NCBI RefSeq assembly: GCF_001194135.2
Contig: NC_068991.1
Span: 76,691,866-76,755,865 of the forward strand
Length of the DNA: 64,000 nucleotides
Direction of reading: 5' to 3'
DNA from: Octopus bimaculoides
Lineage: Eukaryota
Shown in pieces: positions 37,830 to 50,420 of the stretch. The notes below the pieces were generated by a model. It had not been told where the DNA came from and ran no database searches. It was given only the letters and a program-made list of their open reading frames with translations. Position numbers and translations under genes: made by a program. How positions within the stretch are numbered: position 1 is the stretch's first letter; every line of letters starts with the position of its first letter.

Positions 37830-38250
37830 TGAACTGTTCTTTTCCGCCATCATATCATTCAGCCAGACTCTCCTTGCTCATCCTCCTCTTCTTTTTCCTT
37901 CTATTATTCCAAACATTATTGTCTTTTCAAGTAACCCAGTCATCCTGCTCCTGTGACCGAATTCCGCATTTTTCTTTGTCTTGCTGTTTCCAAGAGTCTT
38001 TTCTCTCGTTCCGACCGATGTAATAAGTTGTTCTAAAACTGAGTAGACGGTCCAGTAGTCCGTCCATCTGATGCCAATAATTCTGCGACAGCAAATCATT
38101 ACAAAAACTGACAATTTTGTTTCATTTTTTTTTTTTTTTAATGTCTATATATTTTGCCCATTCGGTGCAATAGCACTTACCATTCCATTGATCATGTTTT
38201 CCTTAGTTTCTCGTTCTTTGCAATCTTCCTGATGCTCCAGGTTTTACGCA
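37830..38250 (-). pseudogene. RTE (BovB-like) LINE ORF2 C-terminal remnant
   Basis: VFVMICCRRIIGIRWTDYWTVYSVLEQL...FGHRSRMTGLLEKTIMFGIIEGKRRGG matches RTE AFEMWCYRRMLRISW...FGHxxR..LEKxIMxGxVEGKRRRGRP. Confidence 0.8.
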
Positions 38251-38289
38251 TCTTTTCTGATTGAGCTGTTGCTGTTACTGTTACAGTTC

Positions 38290-38311
38290 TCATTCATCAT
38301 CACCATCACTG

Positions 38312-38349
<38 letters not shown>

Positions 38350-38680
38350 GTCGTCGTCGTCGTCGTCATCACTNNNNNNNNNNNNNNNNNNNNNNNNNNN
38401 NNNNNNNNNNNNNNNNNNNNNNNNNNNNNNNNNNNNNNNNNNNNNNNNNNNNNNNNNNNNNNNNNNNNNNNNNNNNNNNNNNNNNNNNNNNNNNNNNNNN
38501 NNNNNNNNNNNNNNNNNNNNNNNNNNNNNNNNNNNNNNNNNNNNNNNNNNNNNNNNNNNNNNNNNNNNNNNNNNNNNNNNNNNNNNNNNNNNNNNNNNNN
38601 NNNNNNNNNNNNNNNNNNNNNNNNNNNNNNNNNNNNNNNNNNNNNNNNNNNNNNNNNNNNNNNNNNNNNNNNNNNNNNCC

Positions 38681-38712
<32 letters not shown>

Positions 38713-38752
38713 GTCCTCATCATCATCATCATCGTCGTCGTCATCATCATCG

Positions 38753-38790
<38 letters not shown>

Positions 38791-38812
38791 GTCGTCGTCG
38801 TCGTCGTCATCA
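38290..38812. repeat. (CAT)n/(CGT)n microsatellite spanning an assembly gap
   Basis: Read directly; N-run at 38374-38678. Confidence 0.9.
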
Positions 38813-39179
38813 CTTTTTGTCTGCACTTTATTCGCTTTCTTATTCTAACCTTTCCCCCTTCTCTGTCTGTCTACAAGCTTATTATCACATTGTCATTTTT
38901 ATTATCAGCATCGCCATCACCACTGGCTCTGTCATCATCCTTATCGTCTTAATCATGAACATCATCGTCAACAACAACAACAACAACAACAACAACGACG
39001 ACGACGACGGCGGCAACCGGTTTATTAAAAGGAATTATGGCCAAAAAAAAAAGTTTCCTTCAAGTTGTCTCCCGACAAGGTCAGCGTTCAGACATCAGGT
39101 CGTCGTTCTTTGGAATGGAGCAGAGAGTTAATACCCAAAGTCCAATATTTAATAAACTGCGCATGATACTTGACAGTGG

Positions 39180-39189
<10 letters not shown>

Positions 39190-39219
<30 letters not shown>

Positions 39220-39640
39220 AATACGTAAGTACGTGTATGTATATAGGTATTATATACGTGTGTGTGTGTGTGTAATACATCTGTATGCGTATAGGTATTA
39301 TATACGTGTCTGTGTGTGTGTAATACGCATATATGTGTATTATACAGGTATTATATACGTGTGTGTGTGTGTAATATATATGTATGTGTATAGGTATTAT
39401 ATACGGTGTATGTGTGTGTAATACGTATGTATGTGTATGTATATAGGTATTATATACGTGTGTATGTGTGTGTAATACGTAAGTATGTGTATGTATATAG
39501 GTATTATATACGTGTGTGTGTGTGTAATATGTATGTATCTGTATAGGTATTATATACGTGTGTGTGTTTGTGTAATATGTATGTATGTGTATGTATATAG
39601 GTATTATATACGCGTGTGTATATGTGTGTTTGTTTGTGTG
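39190..39640. repeat. ~50-bp compound minisatellite, 8 copies of an A(T/C)AGGTATTATATACG core
   Basis: Core recurs about every 45-55 bp, with variable GT/GTAT spacers. Confidence 0.9.
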
Positions 39641-39984
39641 TGGAGGGAGGAGTGCCGGTACATGAACCTTTCTGACTTGATTTTGAAACGCTCGTCAAAC
39701 TATAGATATAAGCATCAAATCACAAGAATAAGTGGGCGAGATTAAAGGATTAAAGGAATAATGGAATGGGCGATAGACGAAGCGATTGAATGATGATGAG
39801 TGAGAGAAGAAGCGTTTGGTTATTATGGTACAATGGTAGAACATCCGTCATGTTTAGAGAAGATGCGGATTTTTGTATCAAAGACATCCTTTGACGTTTT
39901 TTTCAATCCAAAGAGTTTTTAATCCCATTTATATATATTATAGCTTTATCTATTTCGAGTTCCATCGTTAAAAACGAATTTTAT

Positions 39985-40062
<78 letters not shown>

Positions 40063-40314
40063 TACAAGAATCAAAAAAATACGAAGACGATAGGGGTAAC
40101 AACCGTACGATTCGAGCATACATCTACAGAAAAAATAAGCGCGGAAAGAACAAACGTATCTTAATTACACAGTCACTACATACATACATACATGCATACA
40201 TACATACATACATACATACGTACGTACATACATTACATACATACATACATACATACATACATGCTGCACGGCACTGATATAACAACTCTAATATTCAAAC
40301 GATGAAATTGCAGC

Positions 40315-40542
40315 GCCACCACCAACAGTGTATATCCTTTTCTACTCTAGTCACAAGGCCCGAAATTTTGGGGGATGGGGCCAATCGATTAGATGCACCC
40401 CAGTACTCAACCGATACTTAATTTATCGACCCCGGAAGGATGAAAGGTGAAGTCGATCTCAGCGGAATTTGAACTCAGAACGTAAAGACAGACGAAATGC
40501 CGTTAAATCATTTCGCCCTGCGTTCTAACGTTTCTGCTATCA
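40315..40542 (-). mobile_element. SINE (family of 2235)
   Basis: Reverse of ..GTCTTTACGTTCTGAGTTCAAATTCCGCTGAGATCGACTTCACCTTTCATCCTTCCGGGGTCGATAAATTAAGTA..GCCTTGTGACTAGAGTAGAAAAGGA. Confidence 0.85.
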
Positions 40543-41549
40543 GTGTATATTGCTGTGAGACGGGAATATCTGATTGTACTTGCCATCGTATGTAGAAGAT
40601 TCCAGAAGATGTTAATACGCAGCAGTTTATACAGAACGTTTTAATGACATCAGTGTCATTGATATTTGGTGAGAGTGTTGGAAAGGCAATGGGCGCTGCC
40701 CCTTCATCGAAGCCACACTGATAAAATGATTTTAATCTTACGGTGTAGAGAATGCTGAAAATATTTGAGTCAAAGTTTTCTTTTTGTGTGTGTGTTCTCT
40801 TCTGCTGGATGAGGACGTGAGTCACCTGACTACAACAACGTTAATTTAGTCAAAGCGGATTAAGTTTCATCACCATGGTTTAACATAGGTCGTTGGATAC
40901 TACTTGATGTTGAAGATTCGATCGGAAGTCAGACAATTCATGATTTTAACTAACCAGCCATCTTTGTTAATCCCCACACTCTTTTTGAAGACAAGTAAAC
41001 TTCTGTTTAGCAAAAAGCAAATATTTTGTTTATGACAGTATACCAAGGGTAAAAAAAAAATTATCTACTTGATGTTGAAGATTCGATCGGAAGTCAGACN
41101 NNNNNNNNNNNNNNNNNNNNNNNNNNNNNNNNNNNNNNNNNNNNNNNNNNNNNNNNNNNNNNNNNNNNNNNNNNNNNNNNNNNNNNNNNNNNNNNNNNNN
41201 NNNNNNNNNNNNNNNNNNNNNNNNNNNNNNNNNNNNNNNNNNNNNNNNNNNNNNNNNNNNNNNNNNNNNNNNNNNNNNNNNNNNNNNNNNNNNNNNNNNN
41301 NNNNNNNNNNNNNNNNGACATACACGATCGTCTTGTTTCAACATAACGTGAAGTGAAGTTACTGGCTTATTTCTGACATTAGCTGTTTGCACTATTTAAA
41401 TGACAGCTTTGCAGAGTAAAACTTGATATTAAGCAGACAGGCACGATTGGGAGAGATTTTCACCAATGCTGCGACAAAGATCAGCAAACGCATCACACAA
41501 GGGTGACGAAATATTTTGATAGCCATGCATTAATAATGAAATAGTCATG

Positions 41550-41554
41550 ACGCT

Positions 41555-41624
<70 letters not shown>

Positions 41625-41627
41625 TTA

Positions 41628-41676
<49 letters not shown>

Positions 41677-41690
41677 TAATAATAATAATT
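41550..41690. repeat. (AAC)n-(AAT)n tract, probably the tail of the adjacent LINE
   Basis: Read directly; abuts the Tx1 3' UTR. Confidence 0.9.
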
Positions 41691-42250
41691 CATTCTTTTA
41701 TTAGCCGTAAGGGCTTACATGCAATAACATTAAAGAACATGCAACAACATAAAAGACAAAAACGAGACGATAAAATGGGTTTTCCACGTGTAAACAATAT
41801 AAATAACAATTAAAATTGAATAAATTAAAACTCCTCCCAATAGGAAAGGCACTTTAAGGTCCTCATGGAAAAACTCAGAAAAGACACGGGTGCCTGATCA
41901 ACAGAGCAAGAGCCCTTCTCCTTTAATTCCCTTTTGTTTACAGGTGCACGCTCAGAACAGGTCCTTTCACACTGGTCATTCTTCCAACATTCACCCATCT
42001 TTCAACAAACTTGTTACAAGGCAACACCTCCCTCTCCACCCTTAACTTCCTTTTCAAGTGAAACTTGAAAAAGTTGATGAGGGCTTGACCAAAGAGGGAA
42101 GTGTCTGTCTTTAGCCCTTTCAAGCGGGTCCACCACACTACAGCCACTAGACAAATAAAAATTGCCTGCCCCTCCCGGCCAAAAGAGGACGGCAGGGCAA
42201 TCTTCACAATGGATTCAGCTGATAGCCGGCTCTGTCCTACACGTGACAGC
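41690..42250 (-). mobile_element. Tx1/L1-type LINE 3' end (ORF2 C-terminus, 3' UTR, AATAAA)
   Basis: Open frame ..IVKIALPSSFGREGQAIFICLVAVVWWTRLKGLKTDTSLFGQALINFFKFHLKRKLRVEREVL..FVERWVNVGRM..SVHL*, ~240-nt T-rich UTR, GCTAATAAAAGAATG, then (ATT)n. Confidence 0.8.
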
Positions 42251-42309
42251 AGGTGTTTGACATAAACCCACAGATTAGCAATACTCGAGCACTGGAGTAG
42301 GGCGTGCAG

Positions 42310-42800
42310 AACGATTTCGCTCGATGATTAACATATACAGTAACTTATCAGAACCCGTTGTATATCACGCACCCAGCCCGTTGAGGTCTTCCTCCCTCGT
42401 TTCTTCTTTATGTAATGACTCTAGAGTCACTCCTGCGGAAATCAGAAGCATTGAGAGGCAACCCGCACGAATTAGAATGTGGAAGACCTGTGTCGGAAAA
42501 TACGGGCGGCGTCACCATAATAGTGTCGGACACCAAATATACTGAGGTGATCGGCACCGTTCTAAGGGAGCGCGTGGCAAGGATCAAAATCAACCAGTAA
42601 CGTCGGTGGGTCTGCAGTGCGGCACTCGAAGTAGCGGGTCCTTGCCATCCAGCAGCGTTGAGACAAGAGACGGATGGATCGGTTAAATTGTTCGGGTTTG
42701 ATTTGGTTAGGTCTGGTTCAGATATCCAGGTGGGGAAGAAATGGGACGAGGTGACGAGCAGAATGGCAAGGCTCATTCGGAAATTAGCCGAGAGCCATTT
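42310..42800 (+). pseudogene. Tx1/L1-type reverse-transcriptase remnant
   Basis: Frameshifted: YVMTLESLLRKSEALRG..GGVTIIVSD (decayed YADD site)..KINQ / SVGLQCGT / TDGSVKLFG..SDIQVGKKWDEVTSRMARL. Confidence 0.8.
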
Positions 42801-42861
42801 CCAGCAGCGGGACTTTGTTCAACTGTTCGAAGATGGAGACGATGGAGACGACGACGATGGC

Positions 42862-42990
42862 GAAGAAGAAGAAGAAAAAGAAGAAGAAGAAGAAGAAGAA
42901 GAAGAAGAAGAAGAAGAAGAAGAAGAAGAAGAAGAAGAAGAAGAAGAAGAAGAAGAAGAAGAAGAAGAAGAAGAAGAAGAAGAAGAAGAC
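42862..42990. repeat. (GAA)n microsatellite followed by (GAT)n
   Basis: Read directly; source of the poly-E/K/R ORFs. Confidence 0.95.
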
Positions 42991-43012
42991 GACGATGACG
43001 GTGATGGTGATA

Positions 43013-43047
<35 letters not shown>

Positions 43048-43180
43048 ATCGATGGCGATGGTTGGACTGCATGATTTTTCGTTTTACGTTTTATTAATTT
43101 TTTTAAAGAAACACATGTTGACAAATATGAACTCTTCGAAAACGCAATAATAATTATCAGTAGCTGAAAATATTATTATT

Positions 43181-43236
<56 letters not shown>

Positions 43237-43712
43237 AGACAAATGAATGCAGAGAAATGGTAGAAATAAAACTGAAATAAAAAAATATGGCCAATAAGGG
43301 GTTGTGTTATGACNNNNNNNNNNNNNNNNNNNNNNNNNNNNNNNNNNNNNNNNNNNNNNNNNNNNNNNNNNNNNNNNNNNNNNNNNNNNNNNNNNNNNNN
43401 NNNNNNNNNNNNNNNNNNNNNNNNNNNNNNNNNNNNNNNNNNNNNNNNNNNNNNNNNNNNNNNNNNNNNNNNNNNNNNNNNNNNNNNNNNNNNNNNNNNN
43501 NNNNNNNNNNNNNNNNNNNNNNNNNNNNNNNNNNNNNNNNNNNNNNGGGGGTTTTTGTTTCTGGTCTTCTTACAAATGAAATAAAGAATACAAAATAAAA
43601 ATGTCACTATTTGGGGTAACTTAATGAAAGGAAACCACTTTTTTAAGATAAATTTTAAAGAGAACATTTAATCAATTTAAAATTTTCTTTTAAGTTATCG
43701 TCTATATTATTG

Positions 43713-43768
<56 letters not shown>

Positions 43769-43785
43769 GTTGTTCAGTAGTTTTA

Positions 43786-43828
<43 letters not shown>

Positions 43829-43829
43829 A

Positions 43830-44300
43830 TTGTATTATTTTTACGGCGAACTTTTATTACATTACACCATATTGAAGCCTTTATAGGCCTAGTGTACGTG
43901 AAGGGCTTTTGTCTTGTATCCAGTGTTTTGTAGAGCTATTTCCTGTAGCTTGTGTAAATTTATAAGTTCTGAAGTTTTATTGATGTATTTGTCTTCGCAT
44001 TTTTAACCATTCCCAAAACACATTTTTATATTCAGATAACTTCTTGTTTGGAGATACATTATTGTCTTTTAAGACTGGTATTTCGATTATAGATTCTTCC
44101 TTCTCTCCTGTAGACTTTGATCGTGTGTTGCAATTAAGAATCCTTTATTTTCTACTTTCGTTTTCATGTTTCTCAGCCAAATCACGAATCTTCACAGTAA
44201 ATTTCAAGCCTGTTCAGGTTTTGTTCAGCTTTTGACTATATACTGGTCTTTCTTGTAACATGGCATCCTGCAGCACCATCTTTAGCTTCGTTTTAGCTAT
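43830..44300 (-). pseudogene. Dong/R4-type (restriction-like endonuclease) LINE 3' remnant
   Basis: WLRNMKTKVENKGFLIATHDQSL (cf. WLxxxxLKxETEGFxxAAQDQxL), PVLKDNNVSPNKKLSEYKN, LHKLQEIALQNTG..ALHVH*; the 3' end abuts (TAA)n. Confidence 0.7.
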
Positions 44301-45559
44301 TTCAATATCATACCACGACACTTACTACTACTACTATTGCCTCGCATACTCACCTTCTCTCACCTTTCTAATTTATTTCGTACACACATTCTTACACTTC
44401 TTACATACATTCACTACACACGCCTCACTGTTTAGTGCAACCCACCCTTAGCTTTTAAACGAAGAAATTTTCAAAATATCATACCTACTGACTAATCTTA
44501 CCTTAAAATTTAACTTTCCTCATTCTCCTTCACACATACTAACTTATCGTGCCACAACACTTACTACTGTCGCTATTCCTACACTACACTTCCTGCTGCA
44601 ACTGATACTACCTATCTTGATTAACCACGACTATAAATACAGTAAACAATCTAAGCCTTTCGTCAAAACAGATTATAAAGGCCTGCCGATAACAGCACAT
44701 TTCTCGGAACTCTTTATTTTCTTTCTCCTATTTGAAAAGGTGGCATCTTTCACGAAATATTATAGGGTCATTAAACAACCTATGTACGTTAATACTTTTT
44801 CTTTGTTTTCATTTATTAACTTAACCTTACATATTTTGCATAATTTTCCATCTACATTCTTCAACGGTTTTCCAAACATTTACATCATTTACACGCATCA
44901 CAATACTTCAAGCAAATTACAACGCTTGTGTTATATAAACAAAAAATATGGGTGAAAAAACACAACGACATTAAGAGAATTATTATATTTTTAGACAAAT
45001 TAAAGCGACAAAAACAAGTGTAATATTTCATTTAAATATTTTAGACCTTTTTTAACTTACGTATAACCGGTTCATTGATACTGATTGTGGACTTTTCAAA
45101 TGAAAATAATTATATATGAATATATATATATATGTCTTTATATGGTGTAGCTGTATATGAACTTTGAATAAATGTACCAATGTATGTATGCATGGATGTG
45201 TGCATGTATGTATTAAAAGAACAAGAACGTTATTGCTTTGCTTACCATTTAATCAGAATTGACTCCTTCAAATTAATTCCTTCCATTGTTGATACACAGC
45301 TGCCAACGTTTTTTTTTCCAGTGCTGGAACGTGTTCTCAGAACATCTAAGCGAAACACTTTATTGATCGTCCAACCACGCAGAACAAACTTTTCATTGTC
45401 TCCATAATGTTAAGTACACCTGTGTGTTGTGCGTTCCAAGATCCAGCGAGTTTTCTGGCTCTGATTTTTGTCTTTTCTTTTTGTTTTGTTTTTTTACTAG
45501 ACTAATAGTTGCTTAGTTGTTTCGTTTATATTAAACTTCTTTTGAATCCTTTTTGACTG

Positions 45560-45960
45560 GAAAGACACCCTTCTGATCGAAAAAAGGCGATGAACATCAC
45601 TTTTTAGTGGGTAGCTCCGTATTGACTATGATCCTACCCAGTGCGGTGGCTTTTTGTCTCGATATGATAGTCTTACGCCCAAGTTCCTTTACCCCTTACA
45701 GCATATTTCAGAAAGCTTTTATCAACATCTGAACAACCACACAGCTCATGGATGACTGTGACTTTCTTCTCCTTTTCTTCATCTGTCACCAGACGCGGTA
45801 AAAAGCTTTTCAGCATAGCATGCATCTTCAGTCTTTCTTTGAAACTTATGTGGCACAATTACTTCTGAAATTTCACAGAGATTCAGGTGATTACGATTCT
45901 CTCAGACCATAGCTTGGACTTTAAACATGTGATCTTTGTCCAGATTTGGATGAATTGTCT
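45560..45960 (-). pseudogene. Possible piggyBac transposase C-terminal remnant
   Basis: AMV*ENRNHLNL (cf. AVxWxDNRxVxxLST) and KKVTVIHELCGCSDVDKSFLKYAVRGKGTW (cf. KPxxVxDYNxxMGGVDxxD...Y...RK..KW). Confidence 0.4.
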
Positions 45961-47498
45961 TCAGATGATGTTCTTCTCGATATGAAACGCTGGTATCACT
46001 CGTGACATTATACACTGCTCAAATTCAAAGAATCCTGGCGAGAATTGCGACATTAGCCGAGCTTCCATAAAAGTTGATCTTAATTTGAAGCAGTAGTTCA
46101 TATAAACACGTTGCTTGGCGACAGGTAGAGATAGGCAGAGAGAGAGGGGAGAGAGAGGATAGGAGAGAGAGGATAGGAGAGAGAGGATAGGCGAGAGAGG
46201 GAATGAGAGAGAGAGATAAGCAGAGAGTGTGAGAATGGAACAAAGCGAGAGAGCGAGCGAAGTTTACGAAACTTTAAAAATCTGCTTGTCTATAACCGGA
46301 TAAAATGTTAACAACATTATTTCTGATTCTTATAATTAATGAATAACGAAATATATTCAAAATTGAAACACTTGACCAACGGCTAAATACTTCACACTTT
46401 TGATAAGGTTTCCTTTCTCGTAATTCTAATGTCTTATTGTGTCATCATTCACTTTGTCTTCATTTGTTCAGAGTCGTTAGAACAAGGACCAGTAATGCAA
46501 TAAATTCGATTCAAACAACGCTAATCCTTCGCCTGGAAATTAGTGGTCTCCTACTAATTTACGAATCCATTAAAATTAACGATATTTCGAGCTCATTAAT
46601 AATTATGAATTAAGCGAAATTTAATTGCAGTCAAATGTTAACATCAAATTCTGATTAACCATGACGTTATAATCCAAGTTACATCAAAACATGCTACTAT
46701 TCCACCGAGGGCCACCTGTAATATACAGTTAAACCTCAGTATATACGGTACTCGATTTGCACGGTTTTCGTTTTCGTTTTTGCTACAATTGTTTGCTTTC
46801 TGTTTTTCTTTTTTTCTTTCGTTTTTTTTTTTTGTTTTTTTTGTTTTGTTTTTTTCAACTTTACGTATACTGAAGGATCAATTCGTCACCACGGTTACGG
46901 CTTTTTTTGTTTTTTCATTTTCCTTTCATTTTACTTTTATTTCACTTTTTTAATAATGGGGTATCCACATTCTGAACTATAAGTTTAAAATGTAAAGTTA
47001 AAACTGCGTTTTTTTTTTTGTTTTTTTGTTTTTTTGTTTTTTTTTCTATTTTCTTAAACATTTTTGAGGCTGGATAATAANNNNNNNNNNNNNNNNNNNN
47101 NNNNNNNNNNNNNNNNNNNNNNNNNNNNNNNNNNNNNNNNNNNNNNNNNNNNNNNNNNNNNNNNNNNNNNNNNNNNNNNNNNNNNNNNNNNNNNNNNNNN
47201 NNNNNNNNNNNNNNNNNNNNNNNNNNNNNNNNNNNNNNNNNNNNNNNNNNNNNNNNNNNNNNNNNNNNNNNNNNNNNNNNNNNNNNNNNNNNNNNNNNNN
47301 NNNNNNNNNNNNNNNNNNNNNNNNNNNNNNNNNNNNNNNNNNNNNNNNNNNNNNNNNNNNNNNNNNNNNNNNNNNNNNNNNNNNNNNNNNNNNNNNNNNN
47401 NNNNNNNNNNNNNNNNNNNNNNNNNNNNNNNNNNNNNNNNNNNNNNNNNNNNNNNNNNNNNNNNNNNNNNNNNNNNNNNNNNNNNNNNNNNNNNNNNN

Positions 47499-47570
<72 letters not shown>

Positions 47571-47779
47571 CGTATTTGTAGCAAAGGTGAATAATCAATT
47601 TATTCTACCCCGGTACATGATTGGTAGTTGCGTTTTCCTGGTTGAATGAACGCCAAAATCAAACGTAGTGTAATGTGAAGAGACATAATAATGTATGTGT
47701 AAGGTCGCTGCTCTACCGTGTTTGTCATACAGCAAATTTCCTTTTTCGTATTGATTTCTAACATTAGCACAAGACCGTA

Positions 47780-47940
47780 GATTTCAGGTAGAGTAGAGTT
47801 GCTTGTATCGACCCTCGTACATAACTGGTACTTTATTTCATCGCCTTGCAAGAATGATAAACAAAATTGATCATAGCAGGATTCGAACTCATAGCGTAAA
47901 GGAGCAAGGTATTTGTTTGTCACTGTACTGTCTCTGCCAA
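47780..47940 (-). mobile_element. Degenerate SINE
   Basis: TATCGACCCTCGTACATAACTGGTACTTTATTTCATCG...GGATTCGAACTC. Confidence 0.7.
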
Positions 47941-48141
47941 ATCATTGTTCCTCTTTTAAAATATTGATTTTCTCACTTCGACGCAAGATTGCTTGAAGGA
48001 ATATATTTTCCTGAATTGATTCCATTTCCTTTGTGATTCTGGGGATAAAGCTGAGAGACAAAACTATATAAGTTCAATCCTTTTCTCAATCTGTTTTACC
48101 ATTTTTCTGCCTCGTATCCATGTTGGAATATTGTATTATGC

Positions 48142-48522
48142 GGAGGCGCAATGGTCCAGTGGTTAGAGCAGAAGACTCGCGGTTGTAGGATCACGATTTC
48201 GATTCCCAGACAGGGCGTTGTTAATTGAGCGAAAACACCTAAAGTTCCACGAGGCTCCGGTAGGGGATGGTGGCGAACCCTGCTGTACTCTTCCACCACA
48301 ACTTTCACTCTTTCTTCCTGTTTCTGTTGTGCCTGTATTTCAAAGGGCCATCTGTGTCACCATCTGTGTCACGCTGAATCTTCCCGAGAACTACGTTAAG
48401 GGTACACGTGTCTGTGGAGTGCTCAGCCACTCGCACGTTAATTTCATGTGCAGGCTGTTCCGTTGATCGGGTCAACTGGAACCCTCCTCGTCGTAACCAC
48501 GATTGTATTATACTGAGTGCCA
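48142..48522 (+). mobile_element. Full-length tRNA-derived SINE
   Basis: GGAGGCGCAATGGTCCAGTGGTTAGAGCAG..TTTCGATTCCC head; body homologous to 27048-27375. Confidence 0.9.
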
Positions 48523-50232
48523 CGATTGTATTATACTGATCTATTTTGTGGGCCAACATATTGGTCCCCGATTTTCTGAGCTTATGATCTTATTTCAATA
48601 TATATCTGAAGTTTTTTCAATTCATATATGTTTCTAATATTTTTGTTAATGGCATAACCCTCACAATTTCTCATTTTATCCTTTTTAAGGTATACGGAGC
48701 ATACACATTTATTTATTTTTATACAATATAAAATTCTTAAAGTTTCTAATCATTTAATTTTTTCCGAGAATCTAGTATATAAAAAAAAAATTAAATGTGT
48801 ATGCTCTGTACATCTTCTTTATTCTTTAATGCAACTTCCTCATCTTGTCTATCATTCATTCATTCTTAGAGAAAGCAGAGTCCATCCTGTTGCAAACATT
48901 TGCACAAGGTCCCGGGATAGAGAATAACTTTCTTCCTCTCTTAACCACTTCAACCTTTTCTTTTTCTTTTGTGTCCTACTTCTCATTATTCATTGATGTC
49001 CCTTTAAGTGTCATCGGCGTTAATTTTCTTCATTTGACCAAAGAAACAAAATTAACAAAAAGGAAAACATGCTAAAACGTAACTTGGGTTCTTTGACCGA
49101 TTTATGTCAGAGTTTATGACAGACTTTGCAGTAACAATGGGAGCAATTGTAGATTTATTCATCAAAACTTGATTTTACTATGAGAAAAAGAAAAGCTGTT
49201 CTTTATGCGTAGGATGTTAAGATATTCTACAATAAAACAGAAATTATTTAACTTTACAATATTGTTAAGCATTAAATTTTTTTACATGCAACTCTGTATT
49301 TTTATCTCTCACATGTTGGTTTCTTTATAAGACAATAACTGTCTTTATTGATTTTCTTATATTCTAAATCGATAATCAATTCTTCTCCAGCTTGCTTTGG
49401 TGAGGTGAAATACAATATTTAGTAAACAAGATCTAAAATTTCTTCTAAAGGCTAAAAGAACCATTGACTTTTTGTCCCGTATATATTTTATACATCTGCC
49501 AAGAGTTATACACTGGAACATCGGTGAAATTGAGAACAAGGACTATTTTTCTATCTTTCTTTTCTTTCTTTTCTTCAACGTCACAATGCTATATTTTTAT
49601 TTAATCTGCTGCATTCAATCTTCTCCTTGCATCTATTCATCTTCAACTTTCACGGGATATGGCTGCAGTATAAGAAGAATGCGATTCTCTAAGTCACTGA
49701 TGAATAGCATGAAGCTTGACAGATAAGATGACCCTACACAACACCTCAATGCGTTTTTGTCATTTCATCTGCCTATCAGTTCTTCATTGTTCACATTCGC
49801 TCTGATGTCAAATAATCTTATTTCTTTTTCAGCTTCTCGAACCATCTTTCTTTTCCAGCGGACACTTTCCATGTCTGTCTCAAACAATGACTCCTGTTGC
49901 TTTCAATGACTTTTTACTTCAACTTTACTGTCGTTTGCCTTAGAAGCTGGAAAAGTTTTTAAGAGCAAAAATTGTGATTTGAGATGCTGTAGCCATAATA
50001 TTTCAGTCAATTTGATAACGTGATCGCTTTTTTATCCAAACTTAATCTTTTCCTTATTTTGATTACGAAACCTTTTCACGGATACACTTAAATAATCATG
50101 TAAGATAGAAAACGATAAAATTGTTAAAATTTTTAAACATTTTTTGGTAAAATGTTAACAATTTTATCCTTTTATATTATAGTTGAATTAATTCCCATTC
50201 ACTTCAGAACAGTTTAGCCACTTACGTCAAGG

Positions 50233-50269
<37 letters not shown>

Positions 50270-50270
<1 letters not shown>

Positions 50271-50420
50271 TATTTCTGTGTTCCTTTCAGTTGAAGAGCG
50301 TAGGTTCGAAACGTCAAAGACTTTCTCTATTCCCGAGCGTTATATTAATACATCCATTTGTTGTTTACACCACCTGTCTTCGTCTGTTTTTTTTTCGTAA
50401 ATTCTCCCATATATATATAT
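50270..50420 (+). mobile_element. ~150-bp element between (TA)n tracts, probably a Penelope-like terminal repeat
   Basis: Shares TTCCTTTC.GT.GAAGAGCGTAGG.TCGAAACGT.AAAG with 29068-29105; TA microsatellites on both sides. Confidence 0.55.
50284..50319 (+). ncRNA. Hammerhead-ribozyme-like motif, copy 2 (variant core)
   Basis: CTTT-CAGTTGAA-GAGC gtag GTTC-GAAAC-GTC-AAAG: stem I CTTT/AAAG, stem II kept by a G-U wobble, GUC triplet; core is mutated (CAGU for CUGA). Confidence 0.5.

Noticed and set aside
39190-39640. CRISPR-like repeat-spacer pattern
   Set aside because: The spacers are related GT/GTAT microsatellites rather than unique sequences.
40508-40825. 105-aa minus-strand ORF
   Set aside because: Ends inside a SINE, and no domain was recognised in any frame.
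40900-41099. Exact 35-bp direct repeat (40900-40934 and 41065-41099), superficially CRISPR-like
   Set aside because: Only two copies, the second ending exactly at an N-gap; most likely a contig-end overlap or collapsed repeat. Eukaryotic context and no cas genes.
42658-43074. 138-aa ORF with an acidic poly-E/D tail
   Set aside because: A Tx1 RT remnant reading into (GAA)n/(GAT)n repeats.
46730-46890. pogo/Tigger-like end TACAGTTAAACCTC
   Set aside because: The putative second TIR matches over only ~8 bp; too weak to call.
48142-48215. tRNA gene (likewise the heads at 6440, 17670, 27048 and 56110-56187)
   Set aside because: A/B-box-like heads run straight into SINE bodies and I could not fold a complete cloverleaf.
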